This document shows, one piece after another, positions 25,924 through 36,025 of a DNA stretch of 64,000 nucleotides; the first letter of the stretch is position 1, and the number at the start of each line of letters is the position of its first letter. The position numbers and the translations under genes are program-made. The stretch comes from a virus (Duplodnaviria > Caudoviricetes). The notes beneath the pieces are model-generated. The model was not told the origin of the DNA. It made no database searches and saw only the letters and a list, made by a program, of their open reading frames with translations. Location of the stretch: positions 298,533-362,532 of the IMG/VR virus record IMGVR_UViG_3300017700_000931, one strand, 5' to 3'.

Positions 25924-26235
25924 TCAACTTATTTCGTTTATTAATGCTTCCTTAATTTGTTCAAAAGTTTCACAATAAATTTTCTCTAAACCAAGTCTAT
26001 ACTTCATCCCATTATCAACGTAATCCCCATGATAATATGTTTTAAGATTAACCACATGAAATGCTGAACCAAGCAAATATACTGTCCCTCCAATCAAGTT
26101 ATGCAAAAAAATATAATTAAACTCATTATCTTCTTTTACATAACAAAAATATGCTGGACCAAATGTGTTTACAACTGCAATTTCATTCAAATTATGTGGT
26201 TTAGATAAGTCGACATAGTCATCTAAAAAAACCAT
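25924..26235 (-). CDS. Hypothetical protein, tandem paralog of 25620-25883
   Basis: YCETFEQIKEALINEI vs YYEKIEQIKGALKDEI. Confidence 0.65.
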   Translation of the reverse strand: MVFLDDYVDLSKPHNLNEIAVVNTFGPAYFCYVKEDNEFNYIFLHNLIGGTVYLLGSAFHVVNLKTYYHGDYVDNGMKYRLGLEKIYCETFEQIKEALINEIS

Positions 26236-26240
26236 AATGA

Positions 26241-26699
26241 TTAATCATCTAAACCTTTTTCAATATCATCAAGCTCCATTTCTTTCCTTCGTTCAGGAGA
26301 AATCAATTTATTCAATTTGGTTTCGTATTCATCCAATTCTTTTTTCTTGTCAGCAATTTTAATCTTGAAGATTCTAGTCTTGAAATCTTCAATCCATGAG
26401 CTAACCGGATATCCCATCCATTCAAACTTAGATTCAACACCTAATTCCTTACATGCTCTTTCATGAGCATCGGCATTTAGCATTAAGAATGCTGTCGCTT
26501 TTACAATTCTATCTACATCACTTACTGTATGTAGATTCATTCTGTTACCTACTGAATTTTCATCATAACCAAACGTACAATTGGTTAACCAATTAGGTCT
26601 TTCTGCTTTCGCAATCTCTGCTTTTTTTATTTGAACCTTATCAAATAATTTCTGGATTCTTTCATCCGCTGTTGGTGATTTTTCTTTTGCCATTGCCAT
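26241..26699 (-). CDS. Hypothetical coiled-coil protein
   Basis: Packed gene run. Confidence 0.7.
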   Translation of the reverse strand: MAMAKEKSPTADERIQKLFDKVQIKKAEIAKAERPNWLTNCTFGYDENSVGNRMNLHTVSDVDRIVKATAFLMLNADAHERACKELGVESKFEWMGYPVSSWIEDFKTRIFKIKIADKKKELDEYETKLNKLISPERRKEMELDDIEKGLDD

Positions 26700-26712
26700 C
26701 TTACTTTTTTGT

Positions 26713-27891
26713 TTATTGTTCTACTATTATTAATTCTTTTTCTCCTTCCAATTGTAATGACAATTGTTTAAAAGTCAATGAATCTAGCTCATGTTGTGCA
26801 TAAATTTTATCAGTAAATTCTTTTGTACTTGGAACCATGTTAGGTCCATTTTTATAACTAAAATCGTACAACGGAATAAGAATATATCCTTTAACATAAT
26901 TTCTATGGCCATAAGAATACCCATAATTGTTTCTTACTGGGATTATACCATAAATCGTATGTGTTTTATCATCATTTTCTAAAGCCACAATGAATTTATT
27001 GTAGTCATCTGTTGATAATTTTGGTTTAATAATATTGGCAATAACTCCGATTGGGCTATGGCCGTTGGTAGATGCCATTAGCTTATCTATCAATTCAGCA
27101 AAATTATCAACAGGTGAAGTACCAGTTTTTTTTGCCAAATGAGTAAAACCACTTTCTGACACAAATTTATTATTTTTTACATTCCAAAAAATATGTTTCT
27201 TAGCAACATTTAATGTTCTGGCGTATATGTAGTCACGGCTTCCCACATGTGTTGATTTAAAACGATGATATTTAGTTGTTCGTTCATACCAATGGTATCT
27301 ACCAATATAAATAACTTCTTCTTCTTTTTTTGTTAAATAGGTATGACCTACTTCCATTTCCTTAGCAGATATTTTTTTAACCTGTAAATTAGTGAAATTA
27401 TTTGATGCTCTATATTCAAAACAATCAACCGGAAGTAGAATTAAATCCTTACCTTCCCACGAATAAACAAACTCACCCTCAAGACCCTTACCTTTAATCG
27501 CTGAAGTGTGTTGTAGAATAAATAATAAATTAGCTACACTAATTTCAAATTCAAATCCTCTTGGGTCATAGACTCTGATGTACTCATTACGAGCATTCCA
27601 GCCCCAACTCTCACGTTGACCACCAACACCTTTATTTAAAACGAACCCTTCAGTAGGTACATTATCAAATGCCCTTGGTGCAACATTTTCACCATAAACT
27701 TCATTTGATTTATTATCCCAATAACGTTTTTTCTCACCAACTTTATGTCGCCAAGATTCCCATGATGCTTCCTTACGAAGCTTACCTTTGTCATCCCAAT
27801 AGATAACATAACCTAATAATCCGTTATAGGTGTCAGCTCTTTCATTAAAGCCAACATTAATTCGTTTCGGTATGTATAGTTGTTGCTTCAT
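26713..27891 (-). CDS. Conserved phage protein, tandem paralog A
   Basis: YIPKR..DTY.G.L.Y.IYWDDKGKLRKE.SW; NVPTEGFVLN; DPRGFE.EI. Confidence 0.8.
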   Translation of the reverse strand: MKQQLYIPKRINVGFNERADTYNGLLGYVIYWDDKGKLRKEASWESWRHKVGEKKRYWDNKSNEVYGENVAPRAFDNVPTEGFVLNKGVGGQRESWGWNARNEYIRVYDPRGFEFEISVANLLFILQHTSAIKGKGLEGEFVYSWEGKDLILLPVDCFEYRASNNFTNLQVKKISAKEMEVGHTYLTKKEEEVIYIGRYHWYERTTKYHRFKSTHVGSRDYIYARTLNVAKKHIFWNVKNNKFVSESGFTHLAKKTGTSPVDNFAELIDKLMASTNGHSPIGVIANIIKPKLSTDDYNKFIVALENDDKTHTIYGIIPVRNNYGYSYGHRNYVKGYILIPLYDFSYKNGPNMVPSTKEFTDKIYAQHELDSLTFKQLSLQLEGEKELIIVEQ

Positions 27892-27893
27892 AA

Positions 27894-29111
27894 TTAAAAA
27901 CCAAATTCATTAAATGGAACCATTTTACCACTTTCCAATTCAACAATTAAATCAAAAAATTCCATAGCTTTTATTTCTTCAATAGTATAATATTTTGGTT
28001 TTTTATTCCTAGAATCATACACATATTTAGAAATTAATCTACCATCCTTTAAACTAATTTTATCATTTCCTGTACTTAAGCTATAACCTTTAAATGTATT
28101 TTCTTTTGAGTTATAACTCCAATCCCATTCTTCGGATATACTAAATTTTACAAAATTACCATTTTCAATCCTATAATATTCAGTATTGTTATCCCTATCA
28201 TACATAGTATCCCTACTTACTGGTTCAAGGATTTCATGTAATTGCTTTGGTACTAAATGTAATTGCTTTGGAGCACTACCTTTTTCTGATTGATAAAATT
28301 CTTCCAATAAATCAGCATAATCATCAGCTGGTGTGTCTGTATTACGAACAGAAATTTTAGTGAAACCCTTATGCGTAATATATTTGTCATAAGTGTTATG
28401 GGTTATATATTCTTGTGCATCGTAATATGCTTCCTCTTCTTCATCAGTTTCAAAAACTGGGTCCGGTTGTGGTTCAACATAATTAAGATTTTTAAAAATA
28501 TGAACTTTATTGATTGATGTTTGATAAGAATAAACATTATCAAGCATACAACTCTCAGTACCATAAAAATCGAACCTACCAAGATAAAGTAATTTATCCA
28601 TATCTTTGGTCGTATAGGTACAACCGGGTACCATATCTGATTTACCAACCTTAGTACTTTGTAAAGTAGTATAGTTTTTTGAATCTTGATATTCCTTAGA
28701 TTTAACTGGCATTAAAATTAATGCAGTTCCGGCCCAACCATAAACAAATTCACCCTCAAGACCTTTACCAACAATTGAATTGGTTTCTTGCAGAATGAAT
28801 AATAAATTTTCCATTGTGATTTCTATTTCGAAACCCCTTGGGTCAAACACTCTCACTTTTTCAATCCTAGCATCCCAACCATAACTTTGTCTAACACCAC
28901 CTACTGGTCGATTTAAAACAAATCCTTCGGTAGGAACATTATCATACTCGTTGGTACCAAGTTCTTCTTCAATCCAACCTCTCCAAGAATTTTCTTTTCT
29001 GAGTTTTCCTTTGTCATCCCAATAAATGATATATGCTAGTTTACCTGAATAGGTATCACCACGCTTGTTATAGCCACAGTTTAAACGTTTAGGGATGTAA
29101 ATTTTGTCCAT
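27894..29111 (-). CDS. Conserved phage protein, tandem paralog B
   Basis: Same N-terminal ~170 aa motifs as 26713-27891. Confidence 0.8.
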   Translation of the reverse strand: MDKIYIPKRLNCGYNKRGDTYSGKLAYIIYWDDKGKLRKENSWRGWIEEELGTNEYDNVPTEGFVLNRPVGGVRQSYGWDARIEKVRVFDPRGFEIEITMENLLFILQETNSIVGKGLEGEFVYGWAGTALILMPVKSKEYQDSKNYTTLQSTKVGKSDMVPGCTYTTKDMDKLLYLGRFDFYGTESCMLDNVYSYQTSINKVHIFKNLNYVEPQPDPVFETDEEEEAYYDAQEYITHNTYDKYITHKGFTKISVRNTDTPADDYADLLEEFYQSEKGSAPKQLHLVPKQLHEILEPVSRDTMYDRDNNTEYYRIENGNFVKFSISEEWDWSYNSKENTFKGYSLSTGNDKISLKDGRLISKYVYDSRNKKPKYYTIEEIKAMEFFDLIVELESGKMVPFNEFGF

Positions 29112-29141
29112 GATTTTATTGGGTATTTAATGCAAAAGTAC

Positions 29142-29576
29142 TTAATTAATTTTGATTTTACCAGCATTTCTGATTAATTCTTCACTTTTAATATTTACTA
29201 GATTGATTTTCCAATCATTATAAATTGCTCTGATAAATTTTTCTGAATACTTATCTTCAAATTTCTTCACCATATCCGTAATTTGAAATAAATTACCATC
29301 CTTATCTATAACTTCCCAATTGGTTAATCCAAGTCTAACTCGATAGCGAGATAAATATACTTGCAATTCATTAGTCATCTCTTTAACTTTTTTGTTAAAC
29401 CAATCGTTACAAATATCTGTAGTATTGGTGTTAAAGACATCTGATGTTTCAGAAATTAAAGTAAAAACGCCACTGAGTTCACCACGGCCATACTTATCCT
29501 TTATAACAACAGTGTTGGTAAATTCAATATCATAATTTTTCGTTATGAATCTTCTTATTATTGCTTTATCATCCAT
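29142..29576 (-). CDS. Hypothetical protein, divergent YL-x3-Y family member
   Basis: RFITKNY...LISETSDVF...NDW. Confidence 0.65.
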   Translation of the reverse strand: MDDKAIIRRFITKNYDIEFTNTVVIKDKYGRGELSGVFTLISETSDVFNTNTTDICNDWFNKKVKEMTNELQVYLSRYRVRLGLTNWEVIDKDGNLFQITDMVKKFEDKYSEKFIRAIYNDWKINLVNIKSEELIRNAGKIKIN

Positions 29577-29911
29577 TATTCAAAAAAATTACTTAGTTCA
29601 TCAAAATGTTTTTCCGAGGCAAAATATTCCTTACTACCGAAGTATAATTTATATTCATCAAATCTTGTTTTAAAATGAATTGTAATACAATCAACAGTAT
29701 TATTTATGCTTAGTATTTCTTTTACCTTAGCAGTCCTAAAACTATATCCATATTGATTAATACAAACCATTTCTAAACGAAGCCCAACCTTAATCATATC
29801 ATGAACACATCTAAACTTCTTTGGTCCAGATTTAAGCCATAATATTTCTTTTGAGGATACATAAATATTTTCCTCTTTTTTAGCTAATTGCCAAGTAACA
29901 TCAGTATCCAT
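29576..29911 (-). CDS. Hypothetical protein
   Basis: FRTAKVKEI..IHFKT..YKL similar to 42504-42770. Confidence 0.65.
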   Translation of the reverse strand: MDTDVTWQLAKKEENIYVSSKEILWLKSGPKKFRCVHDMIKVGLRLEMVCINQYGYSFRTAKVKEILSINNTVDCITIHFKTRFDEYKLYFGSKEYFASEKHFDELSNFFE

Positions 29912-30706
29912 CTATTGAATAACATTATAAAATTGGTTAATATTCACTGTAATAAAATCAGTTTCTCCATAGTACTCCGCATTCGATGTATGGAAGTGAC
30001 CATAAAACCATTTTTTTATTTTATTCTTCTGAACTAAGATATCATACATAGTAGCAATATCTTCACGTTCAATATTCAAATCATTTTTCAATGTTGAATC
30101 ACCTTCAACAACAAAGTGTTCAACTAACATTCCATGGCTACCAAAATGATTATTGAAATCATTAATTGGTGAAACATATTTTGGACATGAATGGGTTACT
30201 ACGTATGTGATGTCTTCTAAATCTTTCAATTTATCCACATCCAATTTAAAAATCTCATCATACCAATAACTTGGTTGGTCAATACCTTTTACTGAATTAG
30301 CCAACATATCATTTTTACGTTGTTTTCTATCAATAGAAACAGCACCACCAACCATCAATATCTTATCACCATTTACATCAATAACTGAGTAATCCGGCAT
30401 TAAGTGTAAATGACTATAGTTATGTTCACCAGTAAAATAATTTGGGTCATCGTGATTACCCCTAATTACATACAAGTGTGAATTAAAACTAGCCAGTGTA
30501 TCATTCAATCTTCTCAATTCAAGCAGCTCCGTGTGATGATTCTTTTCAAAACCAACACCAAAATCACCGACATGTAATAAAATAAAATTACTTAACTTCA
30601 AAGACTTAATTCTATGTGAAATAAATCTATGATTTCCGTGCGTGTCACCAATAACAATAAATCCTTTTTGTAATTCTTCAACTACTTTATTTATTTCTTC
30701 TTCCAT
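29912..30706 (-). CDS. Calcineurin-like metallophosphoesterase
   Basis: GDTHG, GDFG, GNHD, THS, GHFH. Confidence 0.9.
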   Translation of the reverse strand: MEEEINKVVEELQKGFIVIGDTHGNHRFISHRIKSLKLSNFILLHVGDFGVGFEKNHHTELLELRRLNDTLASFNSHLYVIRGNHDDPNYFTGEHNYSHLHLMPDYSVIDVNGDKILMVGGAVSIDRKQRKNDMLANSVKGIDQPSYWYDEIFKLDVDKLKDLEDITYVVTHSCPKYVSPINDFNNHFGSHGMLVEHFVVEGDSTLKNDLNIEREDIATMYDILVQKNKIKKWFYGHFHTSNAEYYGETDFITVNINQFYNVIQ

Positions 30707-30888
30707 GCAATCTTCCAGTTAAATAACACCCAAAAAATAAATTGAATTGGTATAAATACAAACCAAATCCACTCATGTTTTAAATGGGTTCCAGAAAATT
30801 TAAGTACTAAATACATAATAACTGGTATAACCCAAATATTAATAGTACTAATTGCTTTTAAGTTTCTAAATCTTTTTTCTAGTATCAT
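30691..30888 (-). CDS. Small membrane protein
   Basis: Two hydrophobic segments. Confidence 0.6.
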   Translation of the reverse strand: MILEKRFRNLKAISTINIWVIPVIMYLVLKFSGTHLKHEWIWFVFIPIQFIFWVLFNWKIAWKKK

Positions 30889-31157
30889 AAACCAATCAAC
30901 AAATATTTTGATGCTTTATTAAGAGTTTTTATTTCTGATAAATGATAAATACCATCTGGGCATCTAACATGACTATCATACCACTTACCCCAAAATTTAT
31001 CAGTCCCAGTTAAAACATCATCAAATACAACGGGACCAATTTTTTTATTATATTTGGTTGATAACAAATAATCACCCTCACTTATTATTTCACCAGTACT
31101 AACTAATTTAATTTGTTTAATACCAGTTTTATCACTTTTGTATATCTCGTACATCAT
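30885..31157 (-). CDS. Hypothetical protein
   Basis: Overlapping packed run. Confidence 0.65.
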   Translation of the reverse strand: MMYEIYKSDKTGIKQIKLVSTGEIISEGDYLLSTKYNKKIGPVVFDDVLTGTDKFWGKWYDSHVRCPDGIYHLSEIKTLNKASKYLLIGL

Positions 31158-33091
31158 AATCTAACTAACATTAAATCAATTATTTTCTTTTCAACATCAA
31201 CAGCCTTAACAACGATATCAACCTCATCACCAAGCCTAACAACTTGACCTGTGTTATATCCTTTTATACAATGATTATCAGTATCTGCAATATAAGTGTC
31301 CCCACCTATTTCAGAAATTCTTACCATACCTTCAGAACCAACCTCCGGCATCTCAACGAATAAACCATAGTCTGCTACAGAAATGACAACACCCTTATAA
31401 ATCTTGCCGACCTTATCTGCCATGTAAACACATTGCATATATTTAATTGAATCTCTTGAGGCTTTTTGTGCCTTACGTTCTCTCTCAGAAAGGTAAGCAC
31501 ATTTTCCTTCTAACCTAGCTTTATTTGTTACGGTTTTATCCTCCAGATATCTACCAAGCATTCGGTGAATCATTACATCTGGGTATCTTCTAATTGGGCT
31601 GGTGAAGTGAGCATAATGCTCGAAGCCTAAACCATAGTGGCCAATGTTATCAGCAGTATAAATTGCTTTCATCATTGATTTAACAACAAGGCTGCTAATC
31701 ATATTTTCCTCCGGCGTTCCTTTAACATCCAATAGTAATTGATTGAGTGTTCTGGTAATTTCTTCAGGACTATTCGTTTTGATTGTATAACCAAGTGGTG
31801 CAATAAATAATTTTAGACTCTCCAATTTAGCTGGGTCCGGTTCATCATGTGCTCTATTAACGCATGGTCCTTTTGATTTGAGGAATTGTGCAACACGACG
31901 GTTAGCAAGAAGCATATATTCTTCAATCAATTTATTTGAATCCTTCGCTTCCTTGAAATTAATTCCAATTGGTTTAGAATTTTCATCCAACTTAAATGAT
32001 ACCTCACGTTTATCAAAAGATATTGAACCTCTTGTAAATCGTTGTTTACGCATTTTTTTTGCTGTCTTATCTAATATTTTAACTGCCTCCATTACTTTAT
32101 CAGTAATATTACTACCAATAACTGTTGGGCATTGAGATGCGAATGTACTTTCACATAATATCATTTCTTGTGCTTGCTCATAAGTCAACCTACAATCAGA
32201 GTGTATGATAGTTCTTCCAAACCATTCATCTAAAACATGACCATTTTGGTCCAGTGTAAAGATGGCAGAAAAGCATAATTTATCCTCATGAGGTCTAAGG
32301 GAACATAAGCCATTAGATAATCGCTCAGGAAGCATTGGAACAACTCTATCAACTAGATAAACTGATGTTCCCCTTTTGTATGCTTCTTTATCTAATCCGG
32401 TATCAGGTCTTACATAGTGACTCACGTCAGCAATGTGAACCCCAACAACCATTTTACCATTCATCCATTCAAGTGATAGGGCATCATCAAAATCCTTAGC
32501 AGTTTCTGGGTCAATTGTAAATGTAAGAACGCCTCGCATATCTTTACGCTTAGCGATTTCTTCTTCAGGGATTTCAAGTGGAATAGAATTTGATTCGGCT
32601 TCTACATCTTCATCAAATTTATATGGTAAATCATACTCATGTAAAATAGAATGAATCTCAGTTTCATTTTCGCCAGCATTACCTAAAACCTCTAAGATTT
32701 CACCATTTGGTGATTTTGCATCGTCTTTCCAATTGGTGATTTTACCAACGGCCTTTTGGCCATCCGTTCCGCCTTTAAGTTTATTTAAAGGTATGAAGAT
32801 ATCAGTTGACATCTTATTGCTATCCGGTACCAAGAAAGCGTATCTGTCAGACACTTGAAGTGTACCAACAAATTCTTCTTTGAATCGTTTAACAACTTCA
32901 ATTACCTTACCTTCAATTGGTCGGCCCTTACCAGCAATTATTTCAATCTTAACTTGGTCAAGATGTAATCCTTTATTCGTATTCTTTTTGTGGACATATA
33001 TGTCCTTTGGAAGGTTATTACTTTTTAAATAAGCAGAACCACTTGCATTAAAAAGTAGTTGTCCTTCCAATATATCATTTATTTTAATCAT
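31154..33091 (-). CDS. rnr: Ribonuclease R (RNB family)
   Basis: Cold-shock N-term, FTIDPETAKDFDDALS, VHIADVS, LIEEYMLLAN, HFTSPIRRYPD, C-terminal S1. Confidence 0.93.
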   Translation of the reverse strand: MIKINDILEGQLLFNASGSAYLKSNNLPKDIYVHKKNTNKGLHLDQVKIEIIAGKGRPIEGKVIEVVKRFKEEFVGTLQVSDRYAFLVPDSNKMSTDIFIPLNKLKGGTDGQKAVGKITNWKDDAKSPNGEILEVLGNAGENETEIHSILHEYDLPYKFDEDVEAESNSIPLEIPEEEIAKRKDMRGVLTFTIDPETAKDFDDALSLEWMNGKMVVGVHIADVSHYVRPDTGLDKEAYKRGTSVYLVDRVVPMLPERLSNGLCSLRPHEDKLCFSAIFTLDQNGHVLDEWFGRTIIHSDCRLTYEQAQEMILCESTFASQCPTVIGSNITDKVMEAVKILDKTAKKMRKQRFTRGSISFDKREVSFKLDENSKPIGINFKEAKDSNKLIEEYMLLANRRVAQFLKSKGPCVNRAHDEPDPAKLESLKLFIAPLGYTIKTNSPEEITRTLNQLLLDVKGTPEENMISSLVVKSMMKAIYTADNIGHYGLGFEHYAHFTSPIRRYPDVMIHRMLGRYLEDKTVTNKARLEGKCAYLSERERKAQKASRDSIKYMQCVYMADKVGKIYKGVVISVADYGLFVEMPEVGSEGMVRISEIGGDTYIADTDNHCIKGYNTGQVVRLGDEVDIVVKAVDVEKKIIDLMLVRL

Positions 33092-34016
33092 TTCTTCTTC
33101 CTCTTATTATGTCTTGAATTCTATCAAGACTTTCGTGTATTCTTTGCATTGAAGCTTCTCGGTTTCTTTCTGATTCAATCTCCTCATCAGTATTTTCATC
33201 AAATACCGCTGGGTTTCTCAATCTATATTCATCAAGTTCTCTTCTTCTTTGTTCTTCAGTTCTATCAGCAAATTCTTGTGCATTATAACGATGTTCAACA
33301 ACATCATTCTGTTGTTCATCCCAAACAAAATATTCATCTAGGTTCCTCAAATCTGGACGAATTGGTACCATACGTCCCATTCGTGGTCTTCTAATCCTTA
33401 CCATGCCGTCCATATCAGTATGGACATCAAAATCTACTTCATTTTCAACTTCTTCGTCGGGTGCTTCCTCACCTTCAACATCATCATATCCTAGGGCATC
33501 TTCAATCCTTTCTTCCATCGCATTGTCTTCCCCAATAACACCCGCTCTCACTGAATAATTACAATGTTCAATAATTGTTTTACTAATAAGTCCTTTATAG
33601 CCTTGAGTTATAAAATCAAAATCAACCACATTGATATTATCAATTTCAAGTACCTTAGTATAAGCATCCTCATGAAGCATACTCACATCTTTATTTTCAT
33701 GTGCTAAACAAAAAGCAATATATCCATTAAGGTGTGGAACATCTCCTAACTTATAAAATTCAATACTATCATAAAACTGAATATTAGATGTAATTTCACC
33801 CTCACGAATCTTCATATCACGAGTATTATTAGTTTTTTTGATTATAATCAAATCATAATCATTAATACTATTAATATCAAAATAATATAAAGCATTACTC
33901 ATAGCTTCAGCACGAGTATAACATCCACTGTTAATCATGTGAGCATATGCTTTCAAAAAACAAGTTATATTACTTCTCTCAAAAACCTTTTTTAATCCTT
34001 CATCAACAAGTTTCAT
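33084..34016 (-). CDS. Hypothetical protein with acidic/Arg-rich C-terminus
   Basis: 310-aa ORF overlapping rnr start. Confidence 0.7.
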   Translation of the reverse strand: MKLVDEGLKKVFERSNITCFLKAYAHMINSGCYTRAEAMSNALYYFDINSINDYDLIIIKKTNNTRDMKIREGEITSNIQFYDSIEFYKLGDVPHLNGYIAFCLAHENKDVSMLHEDAYTKVLEIDNINVVDFDFITQGYKGLISKTIIEHCNYSVRAGVIGEDNAMEERIEDALGYDDVEGEEAPDEEVENEVDFDVHTDMDGMVRIRRPRMGRMVPIRPDLRNLDEYFVWDEQQNDVVEHRYNAQEFADRTEEQRRRELDEYRLRNPAVFDENTDEEIESERNREASMQRIHESLDRIQDIIRGRRND

Positions 34017-34038
34017 TTAAATTAATTCAAACTTCGTG

Positions 34039-34338
34039 TTATTCTGTTGGGTTGTCACCTTTCCACCCAGTGGTATTAGCCCTAATTTGTTTCTTGTTAG
34101 CTTTAATGTAAATCACGGCACTCATTAAAGTTTCATATGTCTCTGGTTCATTTTTTTTAATTTCCAGTAATAACTCACTTGGTATCGGCCTGATAGTTAA
34201 ATCATCATTGAATAAATTTATTGAACCACAATACATACAAAGTGATATATCATCTTTTTTTGGTGAATATGTTCCACCATCCACTGGTGCAGCACCATCA
34301 TTATGTGCTCCACATTCTGGGCATTTTAAAGCTTCCAT
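34039..34338 (-). CDS. Zinc-finger hypothetical protein
   Basis: CPECG...CMYCG. Confidence 0.7.
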   Translation of the reverse strand: MEALKCPECGAHNDGAAPVDGGTYSPKKDDISLCMYCGSINLFNDDLTIRPIPSELLLEIKKNEPETYETLMSAVIYIKANKKQIRANTTGWKGDNPTE

Positions 34339-34342
34339 ACTA

Positions 34343-34373
34343 CAAAGTTATGATAAATTTATTAATACCACAA
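34343..34373 (-). promoter_or_regulatory. Bacteroidota-type promoter, probably leaderless mRNA
   Basis: Minus: TTG-N20-TAACTTTG; ATG (34338) 4 nt later. Confidence 0.65.
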
Positions 34374-34381
34374 TGATAATT

Positions 34382-34747
34382 TTAAAGACTTTCTTTCGCC
34401 ATGTAAATAATCTCTGGAAATCCACCAAAAACAAATTTAGTTACATCACATAACCACATCTGCATATTCATCTCAATCCCCATGTAGTTTTTTAAAGAAT
34501 AATATGCACCATTGTTCACTTCGGTTGCCATACGAATGAATTCTATCTTATCAGAACCATCAAATTCTTCCTCTGATAGTATCAACCAAACATGGTCATT
34601 ACCTTCCGACAAAACATTTAACATTGTATCTGCACCCTCAACCATTTCAAGGTCTGCTTTTGGTCCTTGCCACTCTGGTAAATCAATGTACCATCGACCA
34701 CTGGTTTCTTTATAAAATTTTAATTTTTTCATATTAAGCTTCAACAA
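34382..34747 (-). CDS. Conserved hypothetical protein (DUF6717-like, from recall)
   Basis: WYIDLPEW.G.KADLEMV.GADTML; CDVTKFVFG.FP..IY. Confidence 0.55.
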   Translation of the reverse strand: MLKLNMKKLKFYKETSGRWYIDLPEWQGPKADLEMVEGADTMLNVLSEGNDHVWLILSEEEFDGSDKIEFIRMATEVNNGAYYSLKNYMGIEMNMQMWLCDVTKFVFGGFPEIIYMAKESL

Positions 34748-35240
34748 TTTCTAATTGATTTCTTTGAATTGGTATCCGGCTCCAAATCACTTCTCTACCC
34801 AAATCAGTCAAAAAATAATAAGGCATACCAGTTGTAGTTTCTGTTTTTTCTGCTAAGCCTAGAAGGACTAATGCATCCCAATCATCATCAGATTTACATT
34901 GGAAATAATTTCGATAACCAACTGATTCTGGTCTTCTTTCATCATAACCAACAGCATGTAACATCTTACGTTGTTGTTCTTGTGAAATACTAGATAGCAT
35001 TGGGTGTTGTGGTCGACTAACTAGGTCTACACCTTTTCGTCTACGAACTTTAACGTCAATGAAAGTTTTATCATAATCTTGAATATTATAAAGATATTCA
35101 ATTTTTGCCTTACCAGATGTTTCGGCGTAAATAACCATAGAATGAATCCAATCAGTTTCATGATGTCTAGTCACACCAAGTGACTCTACATCGTACCATT
35201 CATTGAATGTGCATTCAAATGCTTTTTTGATTAATTTCAT
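34734..35240 (-). CDS. Hypothetical protein
   Basis: ATG 35240; MLHAVG..YRNYF..W..LV.LGLA. Confidence 0.65.
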   Translation of the reverse strand: MKLIKKAFECTFNEWYDVESLGVTRHHETDWIHSMVIYAETSGKAKIEYLYNIQDYDKTFIDVKVRRRKGVDLVSRPQHPMLSSISQEQQRKMLHAVGYDERRPESVGYRNYFQCKSDDDWDALVLLGLAEKTETTTGMPYYFLTDLGREVIWSRIPIQRNQLEIVEA

Positions 35241-35244
35241 GAGT

Positions 35245-35409
35245 TTAGTTAAGTTTAACGAATCCAAATTCTAACCATCGCATGATAAAATCAGTACTAT
35301 ATTCATTACCATCAGTAACGACCATACCTGTGATTCTATTATTAGATGCTGAAATTATAACTTCAGTCCGGTCCTTAAAAATTAATTTTTTACCTTTTCT
35401 TAATTTCAT
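35245..35409 (-). CDS. 54-aa peptide
   Basis: Hand-translated MKLRKGKKLIFKDRTEV...; fills gap. Confidence 0.5.
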   Translation of the reverse strand: MKLRKGKKLIFKDRTEVIISASNNRITGMVVTDGNEYSTDFIMRWLEFGFVKLN

Positions 35410-35417
35410 AAAATAAA

Positions 35418-35780
35418 TTAAAAACTTGGGTCATATCCTGAATGCTTACACTCAAGCGCATGAATAAAAGGGCTATTGTCTATGTATCCAACTAATGTTT
35501 TACAGCGTACACATTTAAATTTCTCCCAGTGTTCTGGATAAGTAGTTAAGTTCCCAGTACCACGATACTCAGAACACCCACATTTTGGACAAAATGCAAA
35601 GGGTAAAATCTCCCTTCGTTCATACATCGTCTTAATTGGTGGTCCTAACGTTACTTGATTAAGTAATCTATTGATTGCACAAGTAGACATCCGTTTACCT
35701 AACAAAGCCTTTTTTACTTTGCGTGGTAACTTATGCCCATGATACAATGCCCAATAATGTTTACTCTTAATCCTTTTCAA
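35418..35780 (-). CDS. Zinc-ribbon hypothetical protein
   Basis: CPKCGC...CVRC. Confidence 0.7.
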   Translation of the reverse strand: MKRIKSKHYWALYHGHKLPRKVKKALLGKRMSTCAINRLLNQVTLGPPIKTMYERREILPFAFCPKCGCSEYRGTGNLTTYPEHWEKFKCVRCKTLVGYIDNSPFIHALECKHSGYDPSF

Positions 35781-36006
35781 TTTCTACCTCCTCGACAATT
35801 CTATGTCTTTTGGTCCCTAAATAACTGTAATAAGAAATTTCATAAACACAGCCACAATCAACTGAAAGTACTACTGCGTCATCATGAAATTGTTTGTTCT
35901 TAATTTCCACATCATCACCTTTTTTAAAGAGACACATAGAAGTATCGCATTTACTACATCCGGTAACAAATAACATTACTGATGATAATATTATAATATT
36001 CTTCAT
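35767..36006 (-). CDS. Small putative lipoprotein
   Basis: MKNIIILSSVMLFVTG-C lipobox. Confidence 0.6.
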   Translation of the reverse strand: MKNIIILSSVMLFVTGCSKCDTSMCLFKKGDDVEIKNKQFHDDAVVLSVDCGCVYEISYYSYLGTKRHRIVEEVEIEKD

Positions 36007-36025
36007 AAATTGTTTAATTTGAATT

